Source of the DNA: Macrostomum lignano
Taxonomy: Eukaryota
Assembly (NCBI GenBank): GCA_002269645.1
Contig: NIVC01002605.1
Coordinates: 62,001-126,000 of the forward strand
Direction of reading: 5' to 3'
Length of the DNA stretch: 64,000 nt
This document shows, piece after piece, positions 46,649 through 58,857 of the stretch. How positions within the stretch are numbered: the first letter of the stretch is position 1; each line of letters opens with the position of its first letter. Made by a program: the position numbers and the translations under genes. Below the pieces are notes generated by a model. That model was not told the origin of the DNA and made no database searches. It saw only the letters and a program-made list of their open reading frames with translations.

Positions 46649-48984
46649 GTTCTGACGACGACAACATGCCGGATCCAGGAGAGCTTGAGCCTGAGCCTGA
46701 GCCTGAGCCCGACCCAAAGTTGCTCCAGCCATGGCACGAAGCGTTGCCTCCAACACTTGGTGAAGCGCTGTTGGAACTCGAGTCATTTGCTCAGGACGTC
46801 AAACTGTCCCGTGAAAGTGTTACACGGCTTCTAACGCTCTTTCATCGTCTGGCACCGGGTAATAGGCTGCCACGGACTGGGCGAGCGGCGCGCAACGCGC
46901 TCAAGTCTGTGCAGATGTCTACTGGCACGTCTAAATGTTGGACAGTGTGCAATGTCTGCTATAGGAATAGCCCTGGCCGAACGGAAGACAACAATGAAGC
47001 ATGTAGTCACTGCCAGTCACCTAAAGTGGCAAACTTTTGGGTCTTCGATGTTAAAAACCAGCTCGAGACCTTTGTGTCGGCCCGCAGGTTGCTAGATCTT
47101 ATCGTGTTCCCTGCAGACAAGCACGTGCCAAATGATGTGCTCCACGAGGCCAACAGTGAACTCTATCGGGACTATACAACGAGTATTGTGCCTGAAGATC
47201 GGAGTGACTTGGCCATAATGTTGTCCTTTGACGGCTTCGCTCTGTACTCGACGAGTCCCGTTGAAGTATGTCCTATCTATTTCTGCTTCCTAGAACTTCC
47301 TGAGCGGTACAAGCTCCGGTTTGTTGTGAAGGTGGGCGTCTGGGTCAGCAACCGGATCGTCAGAAAGGTGCACCCAGCTGCATTTTTACCAATCGTAATT
47401 GACGTTATTAACGAATTGCGATTCAACGGCATTGCTTTTGTGGATCGCCAAGGCATGCACCGCCGTTTGCGTCTACACGTCCTAATCGGCATGTTTGACG
47501 CACCTGCAAGAGCCGATGCGTTGGGACTCAAAAGGTTTTCGGCCGTGTTTGGGTGCGACAAGTGCTACTTGGAGACATCTCTGCACCCCTCGGGTCATGG
47601 CCGTGTGTACGGGCAAGCAGTCACCGCTGCAATGCAGAGGAACGCCAGAAAAAAGGGGTGTCTGCAGACGGTCGTCCGCACGATGACCGACACCGCCTCT
47701 ATTGTAAGCAGACTGCCAGTGCGTGTCGGGGTCGGATGGCACCCCCGAATAAACATTCTGGGTGTCCGTGCTCAGTCGCCACTGGCTCAACTATGCGGCT
47801 TTGATATCATGCGCGGCACTCCATCCTGTTATCTACACCAACTGTGCTCTGGCTTGGTAAAAAACATTCTCTTCCAACTCTTCCTAGACCGGCCAGACAA
47901 GCCCGACCGTGGCATAACCAACTGTCCGGACCTCAGCTCTCAGGCCACAATTGACAATGTGCAACTTGAGTTGCAGAAACTTCGGCTACCCAGTTGTGTT
48001 CAACGCCACACTATTCGTCCTCTAAGGGATTTGCGACACTTGCGCGGCCATGAGCTGGAGATCTGGTTGTTTGCCATTGTGCCGCTAGTATTGGAAGACT
48101 TTCTTCCCGCTGATCACTACCAGCAACTAATGGTGCTTTCATCGGCCTGTTTCTGGTTGACGCTGGAGGGCGCGCCTCTTAGTGAGCTGCGGCACGTCGA
48201 CATCTCGCTGCGGCAATTCCATGAGCATTTAGACCAGCTTTATTCCCTCAGAGCGTTGACATACAACGCACATCATGTATGCAGGCACATGGTCACTTCT
48301 GCTAAGTTGGCTGGGCCCGTACATAAACTATCTGCAGGTATATTCGAATCCATGCACACACGCCTGCGTGACCAGCTCCATGGAACGCGTCGGAACGATG
48401 TGGAGTTAGTAGGCGTTGTTGAGCGCGAGTTTGCCCAACTCCAAGCGCGAGTTCGACTGCAAGATGCCGTCCCAGGTGGCATGCCTGTACCGCATCCGGA
48501 TCGTCCGCGCACTGAATTGCTGAAGATTGACGGAGTTGTGCTTCGACGCCCTGTTGGTATGTTCGACGGCTGGCGCTCAGCGGTCCTGGCATCGGGAGCC
48601 ACAGTCGAGGTGTTCGTCCCGCCGGAAGCGAACAGAAAAGTGATTTCTAGTTTCGTAGCCATTACTGATGCATGTTCAAGTACGTCCTTCATTTTTGCTC
48701 GCGTCGCCGAACTTCATGCGCATGACAACAATGTGAGGGCGACGGTACACGTTCTACCAGTGCAGGAGCTCATTGATCCCCTACAAGCTTTGGCGGCTGT
48801 GCTCCCGACGTCTGAGAACCGCGGTTGTCGCTTCGCGCATGTTCGGCGACTCCTATCGGATCCGCTTGGTGATCCTGGAGACTGGCCGATCCTGGCTGTG
48901 CCGCTTTCTCGAGTCGTAGGCATGTGCGTTGTATATGACCAAAAGATCGCCTTGTTGCCGCACCCACAGTTTGGATTCAGCTGA
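46649..48984 (+). CDS. CMC/EnSpm (Transposase_21/DUF4218-like) transposase, main exon
   Basis: CNVC..CSHC zinc motif; IMLSFDG (D), GMFDAPARA (D), GCDKC, YLHQLCSGLVK, LRGHELEIW, YNAHHV, SAGIFES (E); uninterrupted ORF. Confidence 0.92.
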
Positions 48985-49715
48985 ATGAAATAACTCCTCT
49001 GTGAAGTATATGCACTTTATGTACCTTGTAATGCGAAGTATATAAACTACAATTATAATTGTATTACAATTTACAACTGTATTACAATTACATTACAATT
49101 ATACTTTAGTAACTACAATTCGTAACACAGCTACTGCTGCTACTACTACTAGCACATATCCTAGTAGCTTTGAACTACCTAGAACTACCTTTCAACTACC
49201 AGCTAGTATAGTAGAGTAATAGTCAGTACTATAGTCACTACTAACTTATTGCTAGTAGTAGTAATAATAGGAGCGTAGGGCACGGCGTATTGTGTTTGTG
49301 GTAGACCAAGCCTCTCGGTGTTTATTGAATCGAAAAATCGAATACAGTGTAACCAGTTATACATTGCGCCAGTCAGGAAACTGTTATCTGCAACGTTTAC
49401 CACTGTTTGTCTCTCGTTTACATTTATCGCAGCAGGTATATGTACGTTCTTTAAATAATTATACAAGACTCCGTGAAACAAATTTGAGAATGTAGTGCTT
49501 CATTAGTGATTACTGTCTCCGTTCTTGTTTGATCAAACGAAGCTGAAAATGCAGTTTTCACCCGTGAAATTTACCCGTTCGACGGTTGACTGACTACTTG
49601 ACTGACTTACTGACTGACTGGCTAACTGACTTACATATAATACTAGTTTATAAATACAATCTCAACTGCATACCTCACATTCAACACAAAACTTCACTTG
49701 CAGCTAACAACGCGC

Positions 49716-50531
49716 ATGGACTGGAGTAGACTATTGGATGACGAGCTACGTAAGCAACGCATTAATTGGCTGGGTTCGGACGCTAGCCACGACTCTGATG
49801 ACTTTGCTACGCCGGATGCAGAAGACCTCCGTGATGATGGCGCGCCAGATAGCCAGGATCCTGATGACTACGACACGCCAGATATGGAAGACCTCCGTGA
49901 TGATGGCGCGCCAGATAGCCAGGATCCTGATGACTACGACACGCCAGATATGGAAGACCTCCGTGATGATGGCGCGCCAGATAGCCAGGATCCTGATGAC
50001 TACGACACGCCAGATATGGAAGACCTCCGTGATGATGGCGCGCCAGATAGCCAGGATCCTGATGACTACGACACGCCAGATATGGAAGACCTCCGTGATG
50101 GTGCTGGTGCCGCGGATTCGTTCCCGGACGAAGTGGCCACTGTTCCTGAGCAGTTCAGTCCCCAAGTTGCCAGCACCGCTGCCGCGCACAGAGTGCCTTC
50201 TAAGCGTGCTAAGTACACCCTAGAAGATTACAACACGCTGCCGGATGCCGCTCCCGCCATGTACGGCAGCAGGAAACGGGAGGATCGGTTGCGGCTACCG
50301 GCACAGACTTGTACTGAGTGCGAGGGTTGGTACAACCAACTATCCCCGCAGTCCCGTGCGGCTCGGTTGCAGGCCAATGGGCGGCACCGGCATCGGCGCA
50401 TTATTCAGGCGCCAAATTTTTTTGCGATCGCAATGCCCCCCTCCCCACCAGAGGCTCCAATTGAATGCATGAAAGTGGGTAAACGTAGGCGGCGACCGCT
50501 TCGCGATTTGCGAAGCAACCCTTCAGTGTAA
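49716..50531 (+). CDS. Transposon-borne CtIP/Sae2(RBBP8)-like protein with 22-aa acidic repeats
   Basis: RKREDRLRLPAQTCTECEGWY...LQANGRHRHRRIIQAPNFFAIAMP aligns by eye with the CtIP C-terminal domain ([21 protein letters not shown]...[23 protein letters not shown]); four 66-bp repeats at ~49820-50095. Confidence 0.8.
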   Translation: MDWSRLLDDELRKQRINWLGSDASHDSDDFATPDAEDLRDDGAPDSQDPDDYDTPDMEDLRDDGAPDSQDPDDYDTPDMEDLRDDGAPDSQDPDDYDTPDMEDLRDDGAPDSQDPDDYDTPDMEDLRDGAGAADSFPDEVATVPEQFSPQVASTAAAHRVPSKRAKYTLEDYNTLPDAAPAMYGSRKREDRLRLPAQTCTECEGWYNQLSPQSRAARLQANGRHRHRRIIQAPNFFAIAMPPSPPEAPIECMKVGKRRRRPLRDLRSNPSV

Positions 50532-51371
50532 TGATACACAAGCACAAAGTTCATAATCTGTGTAGCGGCCGTTATATCGGAGTCACGGACAACAGAAGTA
50601 GTAGGACGCTACATTGCAAGGCTGGAGGCCGAGTTTCCAAGGATGCTGTTGTAAAATTGTCATTTTACCATCTCATCCGTGTATTTATATTCGACAGTCC
50701 CCCTCCAGCCTTGCAGTGTAGCATCCTACTACTTCTAATATCCGCGATAACCGTCTTCATTACTTCATAGAAGCGTATTAATAGTTTCTCTAATCATCTA
50801 TTTAACGTTACACTAAAGCTAGACGTTGCTTTGCAAATCCCATAAGACGTCAGATAAGAGGCTATGATCGATTCTGTCTTGAAACTTAGATGCGAAGCGA
50901 TGATGAAGCTATGAAGAAGCGAAGATGAAGCGAAGCATTGCTATTTGTTGTGTGTAGAATGATAACTACTTACCGGAACATCTTTTGACAAAGTTATCAT
51001 TAAAAGTTTTTACGAATGACAGCTGCCATATGCATGTCATGTCATGTCATGACAGTTTTGATGGAATTCGAAGAGTGTCTTCAATTTTTTCTTTAAAAGC
51101 TCATTTTCTGTAGTATGCTTGAACTCAGAATTTATTCTCTTTGAGTACGTCTTATCCATTGTTCAAGTACCCGCGCTATTCCGCTATTCACTTCTGCGCT
51201 TCGTCGCCCTCCTAGAATCACCTCTTAGAATCGCCCTCCTAGAATCACCTCTTAGAATCGCCCTCCTACTTCGTACTGTCACCGTTATAGTAATTGGGAA
51301 CGTATCCTCACCCCCACAGCCTTGGACGGCGACATCAACAGCAATCAGAACAGCAACAGAAATCAACAGCA

Positions 51372-52146
51372 ATGGCGACGAAAAGAAAAAAAGGAGAAGG
51401 AAAACCGGACGATAACAATAACGTCGATGCCGAAAACCAACCATCCGTTGTCCCTAAGGGAAGTTCGTCGAAAGTAGTCGGAAGCGCGGACGATCAGCAT
51501 CAAGTGGCGACGAAAAGGAAAAAAGGAGAAGGAAAACCGGACGATAACAATAACGTCGATGCCGAAAACCAACCATCCGTTGTCCCTAAGGGAAGTTCGT
51601 CGAAAGTAGTCGGAAGCGCGGACGACCAGCATCAAGTGGCGACGAAAAGGAAAAAAGGAGAAGGAAAACCGGACGATAACAATAACGTCGATGCCGAAAA
51701 CCAACCATCCGTTGTCCCTAAGGGAAGTTCGTCGAAAGTAGTCGGAAGCGCGGACGACCAGGAACAAATGACCTCGTTTAAGTCTGAAGTTACGGCTCGG
51801 TATTACGTTTTTCAATATTCGGAACATGACAACCGTACGGAGTCAGTTTGCACTGATGCAACTTGCACGAATTGCGCAATTATTGTTAGCCTTTGCAAGA
51901 CAACACCATTGCCACTAAATGTCGGCTCCGTAGTCGCAATCGTAACCGCTAAAACTAACAGACTCCGAGCTAAACGCTACACGGGGACCCTAATAAAGGG
52001 TCCCTTTGATAGCAAAGGGGAGGTGGCTGCCGCGGCCAGGCTGACGAACGTGTACGCACCGCCGGCAGAGCTGCCGCGAACATGCTCATCTTGCCGTGGA
52101 CTGTCACTTGAACTACAACGAGAAAAGAGTTTATCTGACACTCTAC
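51372..52146 (+). CDS. Transposon BEN-domain protein, exon 1 (three 44-aa repeats plus globular region)
   Basis: Open frame; 132-bp repeats; CTAC|GTAAGT phase-1 donor matches the next acceptor; true start may be further upstream. Confidence 0.7.
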
Positions 52147-52292
52147 GTAAGTGCTGTTTTTAGCCGCTTAATGTACTTAAGTTTGTCCCTAAAACTTTCA
52201 ATACGATGTACTTATTATTCTCAAATTACACAATTCAAATGAGGCGATTGCAACACGCCCTGCAACCATGTACATGTACATACCTATCGCAG

Positions 52293-53278
52293 GTTCCGAA
52301 CTCCGTGCTTCACAAGCCAAGCAGCAGAAGTTCGAAGATGAAATTCGCGAGCTGGGCCTAAAAATTACGGCCGGTCGTAAAACTGAAGCTTCATTGCTGA
52401 AACAGTTGGACCAAGAACACGGACGGTTTGTCTGTCTTCAGCGCAATGTTTCGACAGCCAACGCTCTAATAACGCGTGCGTCCAGCTGCTTGACTGGACT
52501 TGTCCAGGCACAATCAGCAGCTTCGGCTGATGCAGATCTGTCTGACCAATCACTGTCTGACGTGGCCGAAGGCGATGACGGCCGAGAATTTTGTGCGGAC
52601 TCGACTCTATCCGCAAAAGAGACACGAGCGCTGGTTTCAGCATGCGGATCTACGCCCGACACGCAACCGGGATCATCTATCTCAAGTCGTGTACCACTGT
52701 CAGAGAAGCAGCCTTTTTTACTTGTGACCGTTGGCCATAGGTCCGACCTAGACAGTCGGCACGAGGAGTATAAGGTAACGATGAGACACCCGGTAGACAT
52801 AGACGACGAGGACCACAAAAAAATTGAGGATAAGCGACGCTCAGCGCGATTAACGCTGATGAGGGCTCTATTCAGAAGCATATTCACGGACGAGGAACTA
52901 GCCTCGTCCAGTCTGTCCGGCCGACGGATTGCAGGCTACAGGTCAGGAGCTGCAAACCCTGGAAAATTGGCCGCAGCCAAAATGTGGCTGGCGAATGCAT
53001 CTGTCGTTTACACTCCAGCCGAACTCCACCGAGCGTTCACCCGTTGCGGTGAAACAGCTCGCGAGAAGCTGGGGTACCCGAAGCGTGTCAGAACCAAGCC
53101 GGGTGCCACCAAACCGGGAACCACCATGCCGGCTGCCACCAAGCCGGGTACCAACAAGCCGTCCACCACCCAGCCGTCCACCACACAGCCGTCCGACTCT
53201 GGCGTACTCGGACATGTTGTCGACATATCGGAGCTGGACGGGAGTGACGACATGCTGAACCTAATAGTTCGCAATTAG
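52293..53278 (+). CDS. Transposon BEN-domain protein, exon 2 (coiled coil plus BEN domain)
   Basis: atcgcag acceptor; coiled-coil heptads; LMRALFRSIFTDEELASSSLSGRR...KLAAAKMWL...ELHRAFTRC is BEN-like. Confidence 0.78.
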
Positions 53279-53929
53279 TAACAGAAGAATTTTAAGTTCG
53301 ACTGTTATGAAACTTCTGTCCGTTTTGGCTGAAATAGGTTGGAGCAAGTTTTCATAGGAATGCAGCAGTGTTACTCAGTAAAATAATTGCCATCACTGCA
53401 ATCGATGACCCTCTGCCAACGAGAGGGCAAACTTTGGATGCCAGCTGGCATCCAACACAGCTTCATTATCCTCTGCATAGAAAAGTATAAAAACGGACAG
53501 AACTTTCCTAACAACCCAATAACTAAAAAATAAAATTTTGTGGTCCCCTTTGGTGTCCGAGGTAGAGCCCTTAATCTGTAGTTAGTCTATATGGTGCTTA
53601 ATATATTTCTTAATCTGTGGTGGAGCCCCCAATGTCTACTGTTATAGCGATCCATGGTGGTTTGTCCTGTGACGGAGGGTGACAGTAAGGAATGTGATCG
53701 AGTAGAGGGGAGGTGGGAGATTAGAGGGATGGTGACAGTAGAGAGACTGAGAGAGTAGAGGGTGAGATGGTTTAGGTGCTTGAGAGAGTAGACGATGGTG
53801 ACATTGTAGGTGGTGACGTGAGAGGGAACTGGCACTGGCCCTCTGTAAATCACTGATGTCTATTTGAATTTGAAAAAAATATACGGAATGTATTGATGGA
53901 GTGCAAGGAATGGAAGTATTTCGCCAGGC

Positions 53930-54385
53930 GTGAATTTTTAAGCCGGAATAACTGCTCCAGACTGTGTTACGTGTTTCCCATTTTTTCTTCTCTTAGTAAT
54001 CAAATTTATGCTGCCAAATCTATCTCCGCGTCAATCGAGATCCGGCTTTTTATCCGGAAATTCACCCGGCGTTTCATCCACTAAGGAACCCAGTCGCGTT
54101 GGTCCGGTTTTTATCCGGAAATTCACCCGGTATTTCATCCTGCACTGCTGATCCGGATTTGATCCGGTTTGTCGTCCGCATTTACATCCGCTAAAAACCG
54201 GAGGGAAACCGGAGATTCTTCCGGATAAACCCCCGGATGTAGACCCGGATGAAAGTACTCAAAATTCACACTCTCATCCGGAATGTTAACAATTTCTCCG
54301 GCTTTCGTCCGGTATTTTAAATGGGAATTTTATATTACGAGCCGGATGAAAATTCGGAATTGTGCCCGGAGAAATTGCCGGATGA
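53930..54385. repeat. Right subterminal repeat array (tccgg motifs)
   Basis: Dense atccgg/ccggat motifs next to the right TIR. Confidence 0.85.
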
Positions 54386-54429
54386 TTGGGCCAGGCGGGT
54401 TGGGAGCCACGGAAGGAACTCACAACAGA

Positions 54430-54900
54430 TCGACCCACTTAAGGACCACTTTAGCTTGACCCACTCATCAAGGACCACTTTAGCTTGACCCACTCATCAA
54501 GGACCACTTTAGCTTGACCCACTCATCAAGGACCACTATAGCTTGACCCACTCATCAAGGACCACTATAGCTTGACCCACTCATCAAGGACCACTATAGC
54601 TTGACCCACTCATCAAGGACCACTATAGCTTGACCCAGTAATCAAAGACAACTATAGCTTTTTGATCCACTTAAGGACCACTTTAGCTTGACCACTCATC
54701 AATGACTTGACCACTCAAGGACTAAGTCAAGGACTAAGTAGGTCAAGCTAAAGTGGTCCTTGAGTGAGTCAAAAAGCTATAGTTGTTTTTGATAGCTTGA
54801 CCACTCAAGGGCCATTATAGCTTGAGCTTACGCATCAATCAAGGACTACTATAGCTTGACCCAATCAAGGACCAGTAAAGCTTGACTCCACTTAAAAACT
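54430..54900. repeat. Intronic minisatellite, ~30 bp (cttgacccactcatcaaggaccact[t/a]tag) with an internal inverted copy
   Basis: ~7 good copies, then degenerate and inverted copies. Confidence 0.85.
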
Positions 54901-54979
54901 CGCTTAAGGACAACTAGCTAGACTGACTAAATTCAGAAGCAGAAGGATAAAGCACAAAAACTGAGTCAACTCAGCTCAC

Positions 54980-55617
54980 CAAACAGTTGAATCGAATCAT
55001 GCTCTCTAATGTGTCAGACGGCAGCGGCAGTTCGGCGTAGACAGCGCCCGCCACGGTCAGCTGATCGGCCGGGGTCAGCGGGGTCAGGTGCACCTGTACA
55101 AACCGATTGACAAAGGAGCGCGGCAGGCACTTCCTACCGCCGCCCTCCCTAGCCGGATTCTGGCAGGCAAAGATGCGAGTCCGGCCCGACTGTACAGTAA
55201 ATGCCCGATTCAATTCCGGAACGAATATTTCTCCGCGGTGATCTAGGCAAGAGTTCAGGCCTTCCAGCACCGATTGGCTGGCCAGGTTCATCTCGTCTAG
55301 CACAACCCAATGGCCCAGCTGCAGAGCTCGCAGCAGCGGCCCGCTATGCCAGGCAAACCCTAATTCACCCTCTTTCGGCAAGTCGCTGCCAAACAGGTCG
55401 GCAACGTCGGTGTGCTCGGACAGGTTGATTCGAACGAGTCGATGGCCGCTAGCCTTGGCCAGAGCGGCCACTAGGCTGGTCTTGCCGACTCCGGGCGAGC
55501 CTTCCAGCAGCACAGGCCGGCTGCCGGGCAGTTGAAGGGCTCGCAATAGTCGACGACAATTGGCGTTGGGGGTGGGCGCCGACAGGCTGAAGTCCGGCGT
55601 CGGCTGGGGATTCTGGC
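54980..55617 (-). CDS. MDN1: Midasin exon (AAA D5)
   Basis: PVLLEGSPGVGKTSL...HWVVLDEMNLASQSVLEGLNSCLDHRG...NPAREGGGRKCLPRSFVNRF. Confidence 0.97.
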
Positions 55618-55639
55618 CTGCGCATGAGGATAACATTTT

Positions 55640-58560
55640 CGTTCGATTTTGATGCGATTCTGAGGTGATTTTGATGCGATTCTGGGGTGATTTTGATGTG
55701 ATTCTGAGGTGATTTTGATGCGATTCTGAGGTGATTTTGATGTGATTCTGAGGTGATTTTGATGCGATTCTGAGGTGATTTTGATGTGATTCTGAGGTGA
55801 TTTTGATGCGATTCTGAGGTGATTTTGATGTGATTCTGAGGTGATTTTGATGCGAATCTGAGGTGATTTTGATGTGATTCTGAGGTGATTTTGATGTGAT
55901 TCTGAGGTGATTTTGATGTGATTCTGAGGTGATTTTGATGCGATTCTGAGGTGATTTTGATGTGATTCTGAGGTGATTTTGATGTGATTCTGAGGTGATT
56001 TTGATGCGATTCTGAGGTGATTTTGATGCGATTCTGAGGTGATTTTGATGTAATTCTGGAGTGATTTTGATGTGATTCTGGGGTGATTTTGATGTGACTC
56101 TGGGGTGATTTTGATGTGATTCTGGAGTGATTTTGATGTGACTCTGGGGTGATTTTATCCGATTTTGGGGTGATTTTTATGTGATTTTGAGGTGGTTTTG
56201 ATGTGATTCTGGGGTGATTTTGATGTGACTCTGGGGTGATTTTGATGTAATTCTGGAGTGATTTCGATGTAATTCTGAAGTTATTTTGATGTGACTCTGG
56301 GGTGATTTTGATGTGATTCTGGAGTGATTTTGATGTGACTCTGGGGTGATTTTATCCGATTTTGGGGTGATTTTTATGTGATTTTGAGGTGGTTTTGATG
56401 TGATTCTGGGTGATTTTGATGTGACTCTGGGGTGATTTTGATGTAATTCTGGAGTGATTTTGATGTAATTCTGGAGTGATTTCGATGTAATTCTGGAGTG
56501 ATTTTGATGTGACTCCGGGGTGATTTTGATGTGATTCTGGAGTGATTTTGATGCGATTCTGAGGTGACTTTGAGGTGATTCTGGGGTGATTTTGATGCGA
56601 TTCTGAGGTGATTCTGAGGTGATTCTGGGGTGATTTTGATGTGATTCTGGAGTGATTTTGATGTGATTCTGGAGTGATTTTGATGCGATTCTGGGGTGAT
56701 TTTGATGTAATTCTGGAGTGATTTTGATGTGATTCTGGGGTGATTTTGATGTGACTCTGGGGTGATTTTATCCGATTTTGGGGTGATTTTTATGTGATTT
56801 TGAGGTGGTTTTGATGTGATTCTGGGGTGATTTTGATGTGACTCTGGGGTGATTTTGATGTAATTCTGGAGTGATTTTGATGTAATTCTGGAGTGATTTC
56901 GATGTAATTCTGAAGTTATTTTGATGTGACTCCGGGGTGATTTTGATGTGATTCTGGAGTGATTTTGATGCGATTCTGAGGTGACTTTGAGGTGATTCTG
57001 AGGTGATTCTGGGGTGATTTTGATGTGATTCTGGAGTGATTTTGATGTGATTCTGGAGTGATTTTGATGCGATTCTGGAGTGATTTTGATGTGACTCTGG
57101 GGTGATTTTGATGTGATTCTGGAGTGATTTTGATGTGACTCTGGGGTGATTTTATCCGATTTTGGGGTGATTTTTATGTGATTTTGAGGTGGTTTTGATG
57201 TGACTCTGGGGTGATTTTGATGTAACTCTGGGGTGATTTTGATGTAATTCTGGAGTGATTTCGATGTAATTCTGAAGTTATTTTGATGTGACTCTGGGGT
57301 GATTTTGATGTGATTCTGGAGTGATTTTGATGTGACTCTGGGGTGATTTTATCCGATTTTGGGGTGATTTTTATGTGATTTTGAGGTGGTTTTGATGTGA
57401 TTCTGGGGTGATTTTGATGTGACTCTGGGGTGATTTTGATGTAATTCTGGAGTGATTTTGATGTAATTCTGGAGTGATTTCGATGTAATTCTGAAGTTAT
57501 TTTGATGTGACTCCGGGGTGATTTTGATGTGATTCTGGAGTGATTTTGATGCGATTCTGAGGTGACTTTGAGGTGATTCTGGGGTGATTTTGATGCGATT
57601 CTGAGGTGATTCTGAGGTGATTCTGGGGTGATTTTGATGTGATCCTGGAGTGATTTTGATGTGATTCTGGAGTGATTTTGATGTGATTCTGGAGTGATTT
57701 TGATGCGATTCTGGGGTGATTTTGATGTAATTCTGGAGTGATTTTGATGTGATTCTGGGGTGATTTTGATGTGACTCTGGGGTGATTTTATCCGATTTTG
57801 GGGTGATTTTTATGTGATTTTGAGGTGGTTTTGATGTAATTCTGGGGTGATTTTGATGTGACTCTGGGGTGATTTTGATGTAATTCTGGAGTCATTTCGA
57901 TGTAATTCTGAATTTATTTTGATGTGACTCTGGGATGATTTTGATGTGATTCTGGGGTGATTTTGATGTGACTCTGGGGTGATTTTATCCGATTTTGGGG
58001 TGATTTTTATGTGATTTTGAGGTGGTTTTGATGTGATTCTGGGGTGATTTTGATGTGACTCTGGGGTGATTTTGATGTAATTCTGGAGTGATTTTGATGT
58101 AATTCTGGAGTGATTTCGATGTAATTCTGAAGTTATTTTGATGTGACTCCGGGGTGATTTTGATGTGATTCTGGAGTGATTTTGATGCGATTCTGGAGTG
58201 ATTTTGATGTGACTCTGGGGTGATTTTGATGTGATTCTGGAGTGATTTTGATGTGACTCTGGGGTGATTTTATCCGATTTTGGGGTGATTTTTATGTGAT
58301 TTTGAGGTGGTTTTGATGTGACTCTGGGGTGATTTTGATGTAATTCTGGAGTGATTTTGATGTAATTCTGGAGTGATTTCGATGTAATTCTGAAGTTATT
58401 TTGATGTGACTCTGGGGTGGTTTTGATGTGATTCTGGAGTGATTTTGATGCGATTCTGGAGTGATTTTGATGTGACTCTGGGGTGATTTTGATGTGATTC
58501 TGGAGTGATTTTGATGCGATTCTGTAGTGATTTTGATGTAATTCTGGATTGATTTCGATG
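55640..58560. repeat. Intronic satellite, 22 bp (gtgattttgatgtgattctggg) with higher-order blocks
   Basis: ~2.9 kb of tandem copies. Confidence 0.97.
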
Positions 58561-58644
58561 TGATCCTGGGTTGAGGTGGGTGGGGTGTCCCGGGTGATAC
58601 TCGAATCACAGTGCAAGTGCCATCTGTGGTACGCATTCTCTCAC

Positions 58645-58857
58645 CCATATCAATAAAAAATGGCTCAATGCCAAACTGCCGCTCCTCAACAGAGACAGTC
58701 AGTGGCAGCACGGAGCCAGGCTTGGCTGACTCAACAAACGGTCGGACAATTTTAGCCTCAAACGATTTGGCAGTGTACAGGCCGGCAGAGAGGCAGCAGG
58801 AGCGGAGCTGGGCGACCGCCTCAGAGAGCAGCCTGGTGGTCACTGACTGGTCAGCGG
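58645..58857 (-). CDS. MDN1: Midasin exon (D4-D5 connector)
   Basis: ...RQFGIEPFFIDM (FGI-PFFI is typical of midasin); phase 1/1. Confidence 0.85.

Larger units (their letters stand above)
43331..54399 (+). mobile_element. 11.1-kb CMC/EnSpm (CACTA-like) DNA transposon in MDN1 intron, antisense to host gene
   Basis: TIR cccgcctggcccaa (43331) / ttgggccaggcggg (54386-54399), 22 bp with 2 mismatches; 2-bp TSD tt; subterminal TCCGG arrays; EnSpm-type transposase. Confidence 0.93.
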
